NCBI GenBank assembly: GCA_963816675.1
Contig: CAWFLS010000003.1
Location: forward strand, 100,815 to 164,814
DNA from: an uncultured Chloroflexia bacterium
GTDB taxonomy: Bacteria; Chloroflexota; Limnocylindria; Limnocylindrales; CSP1-4
Length of the DNA stretch: 64,000 bases
Reading direction: 5' to 3'
Every line of letters begins with the position of its first letter. The first letter of the stretch is position 1. Positions 1-11,248 of the stretch are shown in pieces. A program made the position numbers and the translations under genes. The notes beneath the pieces were generated by a model. The model did no database searches and was not told the DNA's origin. It saw only the letters and a program-made list of their open reading frames with translations.

Positions 1-305
1 TCCAGCCAGGACGGCCCGTCCGGATCGGCAGACTGGATGACGATCGTCCGCGACGGGTGACGTCCGGTCAGCAGCTGCATCGTCGAAGCGCATCGCACGG
101 CGTACTCGGGCCGCCGGGCGACGATGACGAGGTTCATCACGCTCGTCCGGGCCGCGATCCGGCGACCAGGCTTGCCGTCGACGTCGGTCGTGAGGTCCTG
201 CGCTGGCCCAGATCCGGCTGATCTCGGACTCGATCTCGGCGATGCTGTGGGCGCGCCCCGACCAGCGCATCACGGGCGGCGCGATCGGGGTGACTGTCCT
301 CGGTC
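1..305 (-). CDS. opcA: Glucose-6-phosphate dehydrogenase assembly protein OpcA; 5' part only, cut by the window edge, with an apparent frameshift
   Basis: The minus-strand translation gives ...[59 protein letters not shown], which matches the OpcA N-terminal block. Its ATG overlaps the zwf stop. It lies immediately downstream of zwf, as in actinobacterial zwf-opcA operons. The reading frame switches once near 150-200. Confidence 0.5.
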
Positions 306-316
306 GTCATGGCGAA

Positions 317-2032
317 CTAGAAGCGCCGCCAACGGCGGCCTTCGCGGGCGAGCAGGTCGTCGGCGGCCGCCGGGCCCCACGTCCCGGCCTCGTAGTTCGG
401 GAACGAGGGCGGCGGCCCCTCGGCCCACGACTCGATGATCGGGTCGACGATGCCCCAGGCCTCCTCGACCTCGTCGGCGCGGGTGAACAGCGACGCGTCG
501 CCCTGGAGCGCATCGAGGATCAGGGTCTCGTAGGCATCCGGTGAATCGACGCTGAACGCCGAGCCATAGGTGAAGTCCATGGTCACGGACCGGACGTCGA
601 GACCGAGCCCCGGCACCTTGGCCCCGAACCGGAGCATGATCCCCTCGTCCGGCTGGATCCGGATCGCGAGCAGGTTCGCCTCGGGCTCGACACCCTCGTC
701 CTCGAACAGATGGTGCGGGACCTCGCGGTACTGGATGGCGATCTCGGTGGCTCGCTTGGGGAGCGCGCTTGCCCGTCCGGACGTAGAACGGGACGCCGGA
801 CCAGCGCCAGTCGTCGATGGTGAGCCGGGCAGCGACGAACGTCTCGGTCTCCGAGGTCGGATCGACCTCGTCTTCCTGGCGGTAGCCACGGACCTGCGTT
901 GCCGCCACCCAGCCGGGACCGTACTGGCCACGGACCACGTTTCCGGAGGCAGGCACGGTCTCCCGTCGAGATCGCCCGCAGGACCTTGACCTTCTCGTCG
1001 CGCAGCGCGTCCGCCTCGAACCTCGCCGGCGGCTCCATCGCCACCAGGCTGACCAGCTGGAGCATGTGGTTCTGGAGGACGTCGCGCGACGCGCCGGTCT
1101 GCTCGTAGAACGAGCCGCGGCCCTCGATCCCGATCGATTCCGCCACGGTGATCTGGACATGGTCGACGTAGCGCCGGTTCCACAGCGGTTCGAAGATCCC
1201 GTTCCCGAAGCGGAAGACCAGCAGGTTGCGGACCGTCTCCTTGCCCAGGTAGTGGTCGATGCGGTAGACCTGCGACTCCCGGAACACCTTGCCGACCTCG
1301 CGGTTGAGGCGCTTCGCGGACTCGAGGTCGTGGCCGAACGGCTTCTCGATCACGACCCGCCGCCAGCCACCGTCGTGGTGCTCGTGATCGAGCCCGACGC
1401 GGCCAAGCTGGGCCACGATGTCCGCGAACTGGGATGGCTGTGTCGCGAGGTAGAACAGCCGGTTGCCGTGCGTCCCGTGCTCGGTGTCGAGGTCGTCGAG
1501 GTGACTCGCAAGCCGATCGAAGCCACCCTGGTCATCGAAGTCCATCTGGTGGTAGGTGATCCGCTCCGCGAACGTTCGCCACGCGTCTGCGTCGAGCGGG
1601 AGGACGCGGCTGTGCTGCTCCAGCGACTTGCGGATCTCAGCCCGGAAATCCTCGTCGTCGTGACTCGCGCCGGCCGATCGCGACGAGCAGGAACTCGTGC
1701 GGCAGCAGGTTCGTCCGCCAGAGCTGGTACATCGCCGGGATGACCTTGCGATGGGCGAGGTCGCCGGTCGCTCCGAACAGGACCAGCATCGAGGGATCCG
1801 GTACGCGCTCGAGCCGGAGACCCTCGCGCAGGACGTTCTCGGGAGGCTTCGCCCGCGACGCGCGCTTGCCCCCGCGGGCGAGGCGCAAGTCCTTCATCGT
1901 CAGCGGCGCGTCCTTGGTCCGAGCGGGCGGCTGGCCCGTCGCGGGGATTGTCGGAGGCGCCTCGACGTGCGAGGAGTCCTTCGGTCGAGCCTTCGGCTTG
2001 GCCGTCACGTTTCGCGGACGCGTCGCCGCCAT
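317..2032 (-). CDS. zwf: Glucose-6-phosphate 1-dehydrogenase, read across three frames
   Basis: The N-terminus reads [21 protein letters not shown] (ORF 1637-2032). The middle contains [15 protein letters not shown]...RIDHYLGKE (ORF 583-1545). Further on are VVRGQYG...[24 protein letters not shown] (frame of 270-1160) and the C-terminus DFTYGS...YEAGTWGP (317-1183). All are canonical G6PD blocks, but they lie in different frames, so there are at least three apparent frameshifts. Confidence 0.85.
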
Positions 2033-2038
2033 CGTTCG

Positions 2039-2944
2039 CTACTCGGTCTTGACCGCGTGGCCGCCGAACTCGTTGCGCAGCGCGGCCAGCACCTTCGCGC
2101 CGTACGAATCGTCCTGCCGGGACCGGAAGCGGGTCTGCAGCGAGAGGGTGATGATCGGTGCCGGGACGTCGTGGTCGATCGCCTCCTGGACGGTCCAGCG
2201 GCCCTCGCCCGAGTCCGCGACGAACCCTTTCAGGTGCTCGAGGTCCTGGCCGTTCGACCGGAAGGCACGCGCGGCCAGTTCGAGCAGCCACGACCGGACG
2301 ACCGATCCCTGCATCCACATGTCGGAGATCCCGGCAAGGTCCAGGTCGTAATCGCTCGCGTGCATGATCTCGAACCCTTCGGCGTATGCCTGCATCAGGC
2401 CGTACTCGATGCCGTTGTGGACCATCTTCACGTAATGGCCGGCGCCGGGGCCGCCGACGTGCATGTAGCCGCCCTCCGGCGCGAGCGTCTTGAAGACCGG
2501 CTCGATCGGCTTCACGGCCGTCTCCTCGCCACCGACCATCAGGCAGTAGCCGACCTGGAGCCCCCAGATCCCGCCAGACGTCCCGGCGTCGACGTAGCGC
2601 GATGCCCTTCTCCTTCAAGGCGGCGTGGCGTCGGACGTCGTCGTGGAAGTTGGTGTTGCCGCCGTCGATGATCGTGTCGCCCGGCTCGAGGTGTTGCGAG
2701 CAGCTCGGCGATCTGGGCCTCGGTGGCATCGCCGGCCGGCACCATCACCCATACGGCACGCGGCTTTTCGAGGGCACCGACCAGCTCCGCGATCGAGAAC
2801 GACCCGATCGCCCCTTCGCCGACGATCTCGGTCGTCTTCTCGGGGGTCCGGTTGTAGGCGACGACCTCGTGCCCGTCGCGGAGCAACCGGCGGACCATGT
2901 TGGCGCCCATCCGTCCGAGCCCGATGAACCCGATGCGCATCGTC
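2039..2944 (-). CDS. gnd: 6-phosphogluconate dehydrogenase (decarboxylating), short form of about 300 aa, with apparent frameshifts
   Basis: The N-terminus MRIGFIGLGRMGANMVRRL is a Rossmann fold and sits at the tail of the 2539-4743 frame. The middle reads GDTIIDGGNTNFHDDVRRHAALKEKGI (frame of 1350-2729). The C-terminal domain is ORF 2039-2539 (MVGGEETAV...YMHVGGPGAGHYVKMVHNGIEYGLMQAYAEGF). Confidence 0.8.
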
Positions 2945-2945
2945 G

Positions 2946-4743
2946 TCACGCCTCCGTGCTGTCGAGGGCCGCGCCGAGCGCCCGTTCGAGCGCTGCCAGT
3001 CCGGCATCTGGGTCCGCCCCGAGGTGGACCCGCAGGATGGGCAGATCGTGCGACTCGATCGCCCGGAAGTCGCCGGCGGCCTGGGCATCGATGAGCTGGC
3101 CGAAGCGTGTACGGCCAGCCCGGGATGTCGCGGTCGTCGGGGTGGTCAGAGGTGAGCTGCAGGAACCATCCGATCGGCGCGCCGCCCTTGTGGAGCTGGC
3201 CGGTCGAATGGAGGAACCGCGGGCCGTAACCGGCGGTCGTCGCGCGCCGCGTCCGATCGCGAAGCAGCGCCCGGATCCGCGCGAGTGACTCGTCCCGGGC
3301 CGGGGTCGGGGCGATGAAGGCCTGCAGTGCGAGGTAGGCGTCCGGCCGGCGCCGGTCGAGATGGCGGCGAAGCTCCCCGACGACGCTGCCATCGGCCGAG
3401 GTGAGCCTGAGGGGAGTATCGGGATGAAGGCTGAGGCCGTCGCCCGATGCGATCGGCGGCGATTCGTCCGAGGCATCAGCACTGCCCGAGGAGACGTTCG
3501 CGAGCACCTTCCGCGTCAGCTCCTTGGCCTCCTCGACGTTGGGCTGGTCGAACGGATCGATGCCGAGGATGGCGCCGGCGATCGCGGTCGCGACCTCCCA
3601 GCGGACGAACTCGGCTCCGAGGTCCATCGGGTCGCTGAGCTCGAGGCGGATCACCGGGTGACCCGCCGCCTCGAGTCCCTCGACCAGCGCGTCGCGCCCG
3701 CCGTCGTCCGAGCCGGCGAGCGAGATCCGGACGAACGCCCGGTCGCTGCCGTAGGCCTCGACCGCACCGAGCGGCTCGAGGTCGACCGGGACGATCCCGA
3801 CCTGGTGCTTGCCGGTGCTCTCGGCGATCAGCTGCTCGAGCCACGCCCCGAAGCTGCCGATATCGTCATCGGCCAGGATCGTCAGCTTGTCGCGGCCGGC
3901 ATTGGCGAGGGTCCCGATGGCAAGACCGAGCGAGATCCCCGGGTTGACCGCGATGTCCGGCTCGCGGCACGCGGCGAGCATCGTCGATGCGGACGCCAGG
4001 AGCGCGTCGAGGTCGATGCCGATGAGCGATGCCGGCACGAGCCCCACGTAGGTCAGCGCCGAGTAGCGCCCGCCGATGTCGGGCGGGTTGAGGAATACCT
4101 CGCGGACGTCGTCGTGGTGGGCGATCGCTTCGACGCTCTTGCCCGGGTCCGTGATGAGCGCGAAGTAGGCGCCCGGGTGCTCGTAGACGTGGTGAGGGAT
4201 GGCCTTGAGCGCGGCCTCGGCCCGCTCCCAGGCGTAGGCCATGAACGCGTTGGGCTCCGTGGTCGTGCCCGACTTCGAAGCGACCAAGACGAGCGTCTTG
4301 AGCGGGTCGAGGTCGTCGAGGGTCGCGGCGACGTACGCCGGATCCGTCGAATTGAGGATGCGGAGGTCCAGGTAGCCTTCGACGCTTCCGAACGTCCGAC
4401 GAAGGACGTCTGGGGCAAGACTGCTGCCGCCCATCCCGGCGACGACGGCCGTCGTGAAGCCCTCGTCGTCGACAGCGTCCCCGAAGCCTTCGAGCCCGGC
4501 TGTTCGCTCGGCGAAATGGGCCGGCGCATCGAGCCAGCCAAGCCGTTGCGAGATCGCCTCACCGACTCGTGGATCGTCGCTCCAGAGCGTCACGTCCCTG
4601 GCAAAGAGCCGGGTCGCCCAATCCTCCGCGCGGGCGCGCTCGACGGCCGCGGCGTAGGCCGCCTCTCCGTCGCCCAACGCAAAACGGGGAGCGGAGACGA
4701 CAGTCTGGGCGGGTTCGGGCATCGAAGCCTCCGAAGGCTGCAT
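2946..4743 (-). CDS. pgi: Glucose-6-phosphate isomerase, with a frameshift near 3120
   Basis: ORF 2539-4743 contains VAGMGGSSLAPDV and the PGI motif LVASKSGTTTEP, then ...GYGPRFLHSTGQLHKGG. The C-terminus SRTRFGQLIDAQAAGD...ALDSTEA* continues in the frame of 2946-3482. Confidence 0.8.
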
Positions 4744-4977
4744 GGCCTTGCATGGGAAGACCGTCTGGAGCCGGGTTCAGGTCTCGTCGAGCCACCGACG
4801 GGAGGCAGGACAGGTCTCACCCATGGTACGCCGCTCGGTCCCGCCGTTCAGAAGTCCCTGACGTGGCGGCGGCCTATCAATGCCGTAGCGAGCCTCGCTG
4901 CGCCGGGTGGGTGCGCGTAGCGGGCCGTGCCCGGATCGGGTCGCGCGTGCGCGGCGTCTCCGGGACGACCGCTTGGA

Positions 4978-5437
4978 CTAGCCGGCCTCGGCCTCGATCG
5001 CCAGGACCTTGCCAAGACGGCGCCGGTGTCGAGGCTCGCCACTGAACGTCGCAGCCGAGGAACGCGAGGGCGCACTCATATGCGGGCTCCTGCCCGATGA
5101 CCCTCGACCCGAGTGTCAGGATGTTCATGTCGTCGTGCTCGACGCCCTGGTGGGCCGAATATGTGTCGTGACAGATCGCGGCCCGGACCCCGCGGATCTT
5201 GTTCGCAGCAACGCTTGCCCCGACGCCCGAGCCGCAGATGAGGATCCCTCGATCCGCTTCGCCGTCGACGATGGCCCGACCGAGCCGCTGGGCGAAATCG
5301 GGGTAGTCGTCGTCCGGGTTCGAGCCGTCACCACCGAGATCGGTCCACTCGTGCTCGAGCCCTGATCCGGAGAGGCGCCGGATCAGCTCGTCCTTGAGGG
5401 CAGCGCCGGCATGATCGGCAGCGAAGGCGACACGCAT
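4978..5437 (-). CDS. rpiB: Ribose-5-phosphate isomerase B, with a 1-nt frameshift near 5070
   Basis: MRVAFAADHAG...GILICGSGVGASVAANK...AICHDTYSAHQGVEHDDMNIL is a RpiB/LacAB signature. After ...AFLG the true C-terminus ATFSGEPRHRRRLGKVLAIEAEAG* lies in the +1 frame. Confidence 0.85.
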
Positions 5438-5566
5438 GCCGCCACATTACGCCCGATCAACCGAACGCCCGAGTCGCGTCCGCCCCGACGGGACTCGCGT
5501 GCCAGCAGTTGTTACTGCACAGACCCTGCGCCGTCACGGCGGTCGGTGTCTTTGTGGGACCGTTGA

Positions 5567-5977
5567 TCACAGCGCCGTGAGAAGCGTTACCTCTACAGGG
5601 AGTCGAGGCCAACCCGCGTCGGCCGTCACTATCCGATCAGCGCCGAGTACCACGGCCGTCGCGATGATCAGCGCATCGGGGAGTGGAACCCGGCGGCCGT
5701 GGCGTGCCCGGATCTCTGCTGCCTGACGACCGATCTCTCGAGTCGCCGGTTCGACACGGGCCGGAATCGCGTCGACCAGTCCGTCGCGGAAGCCGATCTC
5801 GTTCGGATCGTCCTGGAACGGCCGGACCATGAACTCGGCGTACGCCGCGACAGGCACCACGAACCGATCCCCGGAGGCGCGTGCGGCCTCAACGATTTCG
5901 CGCGCGGCGGCATGGTGGACGTCGCTGGCGTCAACGATCGCGATGAGCACACTCGTGTCGAGGACGGTCACTCCCAC
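5567..5977 (-). CDS. vapC: PIN-domain toxin VapC
   Basis: The 136-aa product begins MGVTVLDTSVLIAIVDASDVHHAAA and later reads ...DALIIATAV. It has the PIN acidic residues. It overlaps the upstream antitoxin gene by 10 nt. Confidence 0.85.
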   Translation of the reverse strand: MGVTVLDTSVLIAIVDASDVHHAAAREIVEAARASGDRFVVPVAAYAEFMVRPFQDDPNEIGFRDGLVDAIPARVEPATREIGRQAAEIRARHGRRVPLPDALIIATAVVLGADRIVTADAGWPRLPVEVTLLTAL

Positions 5978-6219
5978 TCGTCACGAAGCTGACGGAGATA
6001 GTCCGCGGGAAACAGACCCGTCATCGACCCGTAGTAGCGCGCAAGTGGATCTTGTTCCCGGCGGAGGACGATCTCGCCGGTCGACTTGGCTTCCACCAAG
6101 AGGCTGTCACCCGGCTGAAGCCCGGCGATGATCAGTGCGTCGATCGGCAGCGTTACCTGGTTTTTGCGGCTGACGCGGGTGAACCCCTTGCGGCGGCGCT
6201 GCTTGACTCGATCGATCAT
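5968..6219 (-). CDS. vapB: AbrB/SpoVT-type antitoxin VapB
   Basis: The 83-aa product contains VTLPIDALIIAGLQPGDSLLVEAKSTGEIVL, a swapped-hairpin AbrB/MazE fold motif. It is directly upstream of the PIN gene and overlaps it. Confidence 0.8.
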   Translation of the reverse strand: MIDRVKQRRRKGFTRVSRKNQVTLPIDALIIAGLQPGDSLLVEAKSTGEIVLRREQDPLARYYGSMTGLFPADYLRQLRDEWE

Positions 6220-6389
6220 GAGTCAAGGTTAGCCGTCAAGGGGGTGCCGAGCAAGCCCGCGCTCCGGCGGTTCGGGCAAGGTCGGCCGCCCGAGCGTCAG
6301 GAGTGGCCGGGGTCGGAGCCGGGAGTCCGCGACACGCCCGGATTCGCCGGGCTCGACCGTCGGATGGTGGCCGCCGCTGTGGCCGCCCT

Positions 6390-8422
6390 CGAGCGTCGGG
6401 ATCCGGCCGCGCAGCCCTTCGCGGACGACCCGGCGACCCACGTCGGCGACCCGGTCCGGCGGTGAATCCGAGGTGCTCGAAGATCGTCCCAGCAGGTGCC
6501 GACGCGCCGAAGTGATCGAGGCCGATGATGGCGCCCTCGTCGCCGACCCATCGCTCCCAACCGAGCGACACGCCGACTTCGACGCTCACGCGCCTTCTTG
6601 ACCGATGGCGGCAGCACACTCGTCGCGATATGCCTGGTCCTGCGCGTCGAACCGCTCCCAGCACGGCATCGACACGACCCGGGTAGGGATGCCGTCGGCC
6701 TCGAGCGCGACGGCCGCGTCGTACGCCAGCTGCAGCTCCGATCCGGTCCCGATGAGGATCAGTTGCGGCTCGCCGGATGCGTCGCGCAGGACGTACCCAC
6801 CGCGATCGACGCCTTCACGCGCCCGGTCGGCGGTGCCCGGCAGTGTCCGAAGCTTCTGTCGGGTGAGGGCGAGCGCCACCGGTCCATCGGATCGCTCGAT
6901 GGCGAGCGCCCAGGCAGCGGCGGTCTCGTTCGCGTCGCCGGGCCGGACGAACCAGAGGTTCGGGATCGCCCGGAGCGCGGCATAGTGCTCAACGGGCTGG
7001 TGCGTGGGGCCGTCCTCGCCAAGGCCGACCGAATCGTGCGTCCACACGTACACGACGTGGATCCCCGACAGCGCCGCGAGCCGCACCGATCCGCGCATGT
7101 AGTCGCTGAAGGTCAGGAACGTCGCGCAGTACGGGATGAACCCGCCGTGATAGGCGATGCCGTTCGCGATCCCGCCCATCCCATGTTCGCGAACGCCGAA
7201 TCGAAGGTTGCGTCCGGCCTCTTCGGCGCTGAAGTTCGGCTGACCCTTGACGTCCGTCAGGTTCGACTCCGAGAGGTCCGCAGCCCCGCCGAACAGCTCC
7301 GGCAGCGGCCGAGCCAGCGCCTGGATCGCATCCTGGCTGGCATTCCGGGTCGCAACCTCGACCCCCTCGTCGTAGCTCTTCAGCCCGCTGTCCCACCCCT
7401 CGGGCAGCGCCCGCTCCGTCCGGCGGCGGAATTCGGCCGCCTGCTCGGGATGCGCCTCGGCGTACCGCTCGAGCGCGCGCTTCCCATTCCTCGACGAGCC
7501 CTTCGCCGGCTTCGATGGCCCCGCGGAACCGGGCGGCAGCCTCGTCGGGCACGTAGAAGTCGCGGTCCGGATCCCAGCCGTAGGCCTCCTTGGTGAGCCG
7601 GACCTCGTCGGGGCCGAGCGGTGACCCGTGCGCCTTCTGGCTGTCCTGCTTGTTCGGGCTGCCGTAGCCGATGTGCGTTCGTACGGCGATCAGACTCGGT
7701 CGGTCGTCGCTCCGCGCCTCCTCGATGGCGGCCTCGATCGCGGCGAGGTCGTTGCCGTCGGCGACCCGCTGGGTATGCCAGCCATAGGCCTCGAACCGCT
7801 TCGGGACGTCCTCGGAGAACGCCATCGCGGTCGGGCCGTCGAGCTGGATGTGGTTGTCGTCGTACAGGACGATGAGCTTGCCCAGCCGAAGGTGTCCGGC
7901 GAGGCTGCACGCCTCCGATGCGATCCCTTCCTGGAGGTCGCCGTCGGATGCGATGACGTACGTCCGGTGATCGACGATCGTTTCGTCGGGCGTGTTGAAC
8001 TCCGCTGCCAGGCGGCGCTCGGCGATCGCCATCCCGACGGCATTGGCCAGGCCCTGGCCGAGCGGTCCGGTCGTCGCCTCGACGCCCGGCGTGAGGCCGT
8101 ATTCCGGGTGGCCGGGCGTGATGCTGCCCCACTGGCGGAACGACTTGAGGTCATCGAGCGACACGTCGTAGCCGGTCAGGTGGAGGAGCGAGTAGAGCAG
8201 CATGCTGGCGTGCCCGGCGCTCAGCACGAACCGGTCGCGGTCGGGCCAATCCGGACGGGTGGGGGAGTGTCGCAGGAAGCGGGTCCAGAGCACGTAGGCC
8301 ATCGGCGCCGCCCCCATCGGGGCGCCCGGATGCCCGGAATTGGCCTTCTGGACTGCGTCGATCGAAAGGGTTCGGATCGTGTCGATCGACAGCTGGTCGA
8401 TGTCGGTGGTGGCGAGGGTCAT
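6390..8422 (-). CDS. tkt: Transketolase, with several apparent frameshifts; the 3' end is approximate
   Basis: The ATG is at 8422 ([37 protein letters not shown]). The TPP-binding region [13 protein letters not shown] follows. The middle and C-terminal parts are in ORF 6586-7179 ([21 protein letters not shown]). The terminal block [22 protein letters not shown] lies in the frame of 6236-6664. Confidence 0.85.
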
Positions 8423-8639
8423 CGGTCGGACTCCATCGCAGAGCGGCGTCGTATCAGTCGCGGCCATTGTAGGCGTGGGAGTGTTGCAGACCGGATACCA
8501 GCACGGCCCGGCGGCCATCGACTTGCGCTCCGGCTTGCGGGCCGCGACCATCGGCGGCGCATGCCTGCACTTCGGCCGCCCCGGCGTCGCCGCACGAACC
8601 CTCTCGGACGATCGACGGCCGGCACGACCGGGTCGCCCA

Positions 8640-9553
8640 GCATCGTCGTGCTCGGCGACCTGATGCTCGATGTCGTCCTGGCGCCGGCGCGCCCGCTCGA
8701 GAGCGGCACCGACGTGCCGGGCCGGGTGTCGCTGGTCCAGGGCGGATCCGCGGCCAATACCGCTCGCTGGATCGGCAGGCTCGGGGCGCGGTCCAGCCTT
8801 ATCGCGGCGGTGGGTCGCGATGTCGCGGGCCGGTCGTTGGTGGAGGCTGTCCGCTCGGATGGTGTGACACTCCGGGTCGTTCACGTCGCCGGGTCACGAA
8901 CAGGTCGGATCGGGGTGCTGATCTCACACGGAGGCCAGCGATCGTTCGTGGCCGATCGCGGCGCGGCCGACCACTTGCGTCCTGATGACCTTCGAGCCCG
9001 AATGGTTCGCCGGCGCCGACGTTCTTCACCTTCCGATCTACTCGCTCCTCGGGGTCCCGCTCGGCGAGGCCGGTCGCAAGGCGATCGAGCACGCGCCGCG
9101 GAGCCGGAGCTGCCATCAGCATCGACCTGGCGTCGATCGGGCCGTTGCTCGCCGGCGGCCGGCGTGCCGCGCGAACGCTCGTCGAGGGGTTTGCGCCGGA
9201 CATCCTGTTCGCCACGGCCGCGGAGGCCGACGCGTTCCTGGGGAGCCGCCCGAAGGACCGACTGCTCGACTACGCCGGGGTCGCCGTCGTCAAACGAGGC
9301 GCCAAGGGCGCGACCGTCCTGACCCGCAGTGCAGGGAAGGGCGATCGGTTCGAGGTGGCGACGCCGCCGATCGCGGTCTCGGACTCGACGGGCGCCGGCG
9401 ATGCGTTCGATGCCGGGTTTCTCGTCGCCTGGATCACAGCCCGGGCGGCGGGGAATCCCGACGGCCGCGGCGCTCCATCGGGCCGCGCTCGCGGGTCACA
9501 GGGCCGCGGCGCGTCAACTCGGGACGTCGCGGCCGGAGCTCCCCCTTGGCTGA
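8640..9553 (+). CDS. psuK: PfkB-family carbohydrate kinase, probably pseudouridine kinase; three or more apparent frameshifts; the start is uncertain
   Basis: The N-terminal part reads [15 protein letters not shown]...[12 protein letters not shown]...GRDVAG. The C-terminal part reads [12 protein letters not shown]...[18 protein letters not shown]. These are PfkB signatures spread over the frames of ORFs 7628-9322, 8985-9632, 9145-10377 and 9329-9553. The gene is immediately upstream of psuG. Confidence 0.6.
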
Positions 9554-9628
9554 GCCGCCGACTGAGGCCGCTATCAGCGGTGAGCCGCGTGGCGCCGCTG
9601 ATCGGCGCGCACCGTTGCGCGACCAGCG

Positions 9629-10589
9629 ATGATCGCCGATCGCCTCGCCGTGAGCCGCGAGGTCGCGGCCGCCCTTGCCGCCGGGGATGCCGTGGTGGCC
9701 CTCGAGTCGACCCTGATCAGCCACGGGCTCCCGTACCCCCAGAACCTCGAGGTCGCGAATGCCTCCGAGGCGGCGGTTCGGGACACCGGCGCCGTACCGG
9801 CGACCGTGGCCATCCACGACGGGCGGCTCCTCGTTGGTCTCGACGAGGCTGCGCTCCTCGCGCTCGCGACGGCGCCCGCAGGTTCCGTGCGCAAGGCGGC
9901 CCGTCCGAGTCTTGGGGCGGCTCTCGCGAATGGTGGCTGGGCCGCCACGACCGTGTCGGCGACGATGATCGCTGCCCACGCCGCCGGGATCACGGTATTC
10001 GCGACCGGCGGCATCGGCGGCGTACACCGGGGTGCTCTTGCCGGGAGTGGCCCCGGGACGAACGCCCGCGAATCGGCGGCTACGTTCGACATCTCGTCCG
10101 ATCTCGAGGAACTGGGCCGCACACCGATGGCCGTCGTATGCGCAGGTCCCAAGGCGATCCTCGACGTTCCCGCGACGCTCGAATATCTCGAGACTCGCGG
10201 CGTTCCCGTGCTTGCTGTCGGCCAGGCCGACCTGCCGGGGTTCTACGCTCGGTCGGCCGGGATCCCGGCGCCGGAGAGCTCGCCCGACGTCGCGACTGCC
10301 GCGCACGTCGTCGCGACCCATCTCGGCCTCGGACTCGGGAGTGCGCATCCTCGTGTGCGTTGCCGTGCCTGCTGTAGACGCGCTACCAGATGACGTGGCC
10401 CGCGAGGCCGTTTCCAGGGCGATCGACGAAGCCGGAACGGCCGGGATCGGGGGACCAGCGCTCACGCCCTGGCTTCTCGCCCGGATCGCCGAGATCACCG
10501 CGGGCGCTTCGGTCCGGGCCAACACAGCGCTGATCGTCAACGACGCTCGTATCGGTGGCGAGCTCGCGGTGCGGCTGACCGAACGCTGA
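9629..10589 (+). CDS. psuG: Pseudouridine-5'-phosphate glycosidase, with a frameshift near 10335
   Basis: VVALESTLISHGLPYPQN...TVFATGGIGGVHRGA...FDISSDLEELGRT..VVCAGPKAILD..TLEYLETRGVPV matches the YeiN/PsuG family along its full length. The C-terminus continues in the frame of 10032-10589. Confidence 0.85.
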
Positions 10590-10710
10590 GGCCGCCGAGC
10601 AACCCTGCGCGGACCCGCCTCAGCGACTCGGTCGCCTTGCTGGCCTCCCGGCCGCTGGCTACACTCACGGAGCCCACGCCAACGGCTCGCGCCGAGGAGG
10701 ACGCCACCCG

Positions 10711-11214
10711 ATGCGGATCTACGAGGGGAGCCCGCGGCAGGACTTCGAGGAAGTCTTTCGCTCCGTCGGCGCGTTCCTCGACCAGCACGGGATGAAGGAC
10801 ATCCTTGTCCTCGAAGCGCCGGACGGCTTCATCGTCCAGGGCGTTGTCGTCCACGGCGGCAACACCGGGACGTGGTCTGACACCGTCGGGACCTTGACCA
10901 AGGAAACGCTCACCTTCCTCGACGAGGACATCGCGAGGTTCATGGAGGAAGCGGCGGCACGACGCGGCGGGCGCAGCGCTCCACCCCACGTCGGCGGTCA
11001 TTACGAGACGGCATTCCGCGTTCTCGGTCAGTATCTCGATGACCAGAAGCCTCGCGATATCTTCTTCTTCGAGCAGGACGGCGCCTTCGTCCTGCGACTG
11101 TTCATGGCCGGCCAGGCCGGAGGCAAGCATGTGCTCGCCGAATTCACCCGGGAGGACATCGACGAACTCGTGAGTCGCGGGCCGACCCTGCGTCACGTGG
11201 AACCCAAGGTCTGA
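10711..11214 (+). CDS. Hypothetical protein of 167 aa with an internal duplication
   Basis: A clean ORF with a GAGGAGGA ribosome-binding site 6 nt upstream and high GC3. Two related halves are visible (DILVLEAPDGFIVQGVVV... and DIFFFEQDGAFVLRLFMA...). No family was recognised. Confidence 0.55.
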   Translation: MRIYEGSPRQDFEEVFRSVGAFLDQHGMKDILVLEAPDGFIVQGVVVHGGNTGTWSDTVGTLTKETLTFLDEDIARFMEEAAARRGGRSAPPHVGGHYETAFRVLGQYLDDQKPRDIFFFEQDGAFVLRLFMAGQAGGKHVLAEFTREDIDELVSRGPTLRHVEPKV

Positions 11215-11248
11215 TCGTCGAACGATCGCATCGCACTGGAGGTAGGAC

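Noticed and set aside
1350-2729. ORF of 459 aa on the minus strand
   Set aside because: It is an out-of-frame read across gnd and zwf. Only short stretches (LEPGDTIIDGGNTNF...) are real gnd sequence. The rest is Arg/Pro-rich nonsense typical of off-frame high-GC DNA.
3361-4920. ORF of 519 aa on the plus strand
   Set aside because: It is antisense to pgi. The composition is Arg/Asp/Gly-rich with no recognisable domain.
7628-9322. ORF of 564 aa on the plus strand
   Set aside because: Its 5' two-thirds is antisense to tkt. Only the final segment, from [10 protein letters not shown] onward, is genuine psuK sequence.
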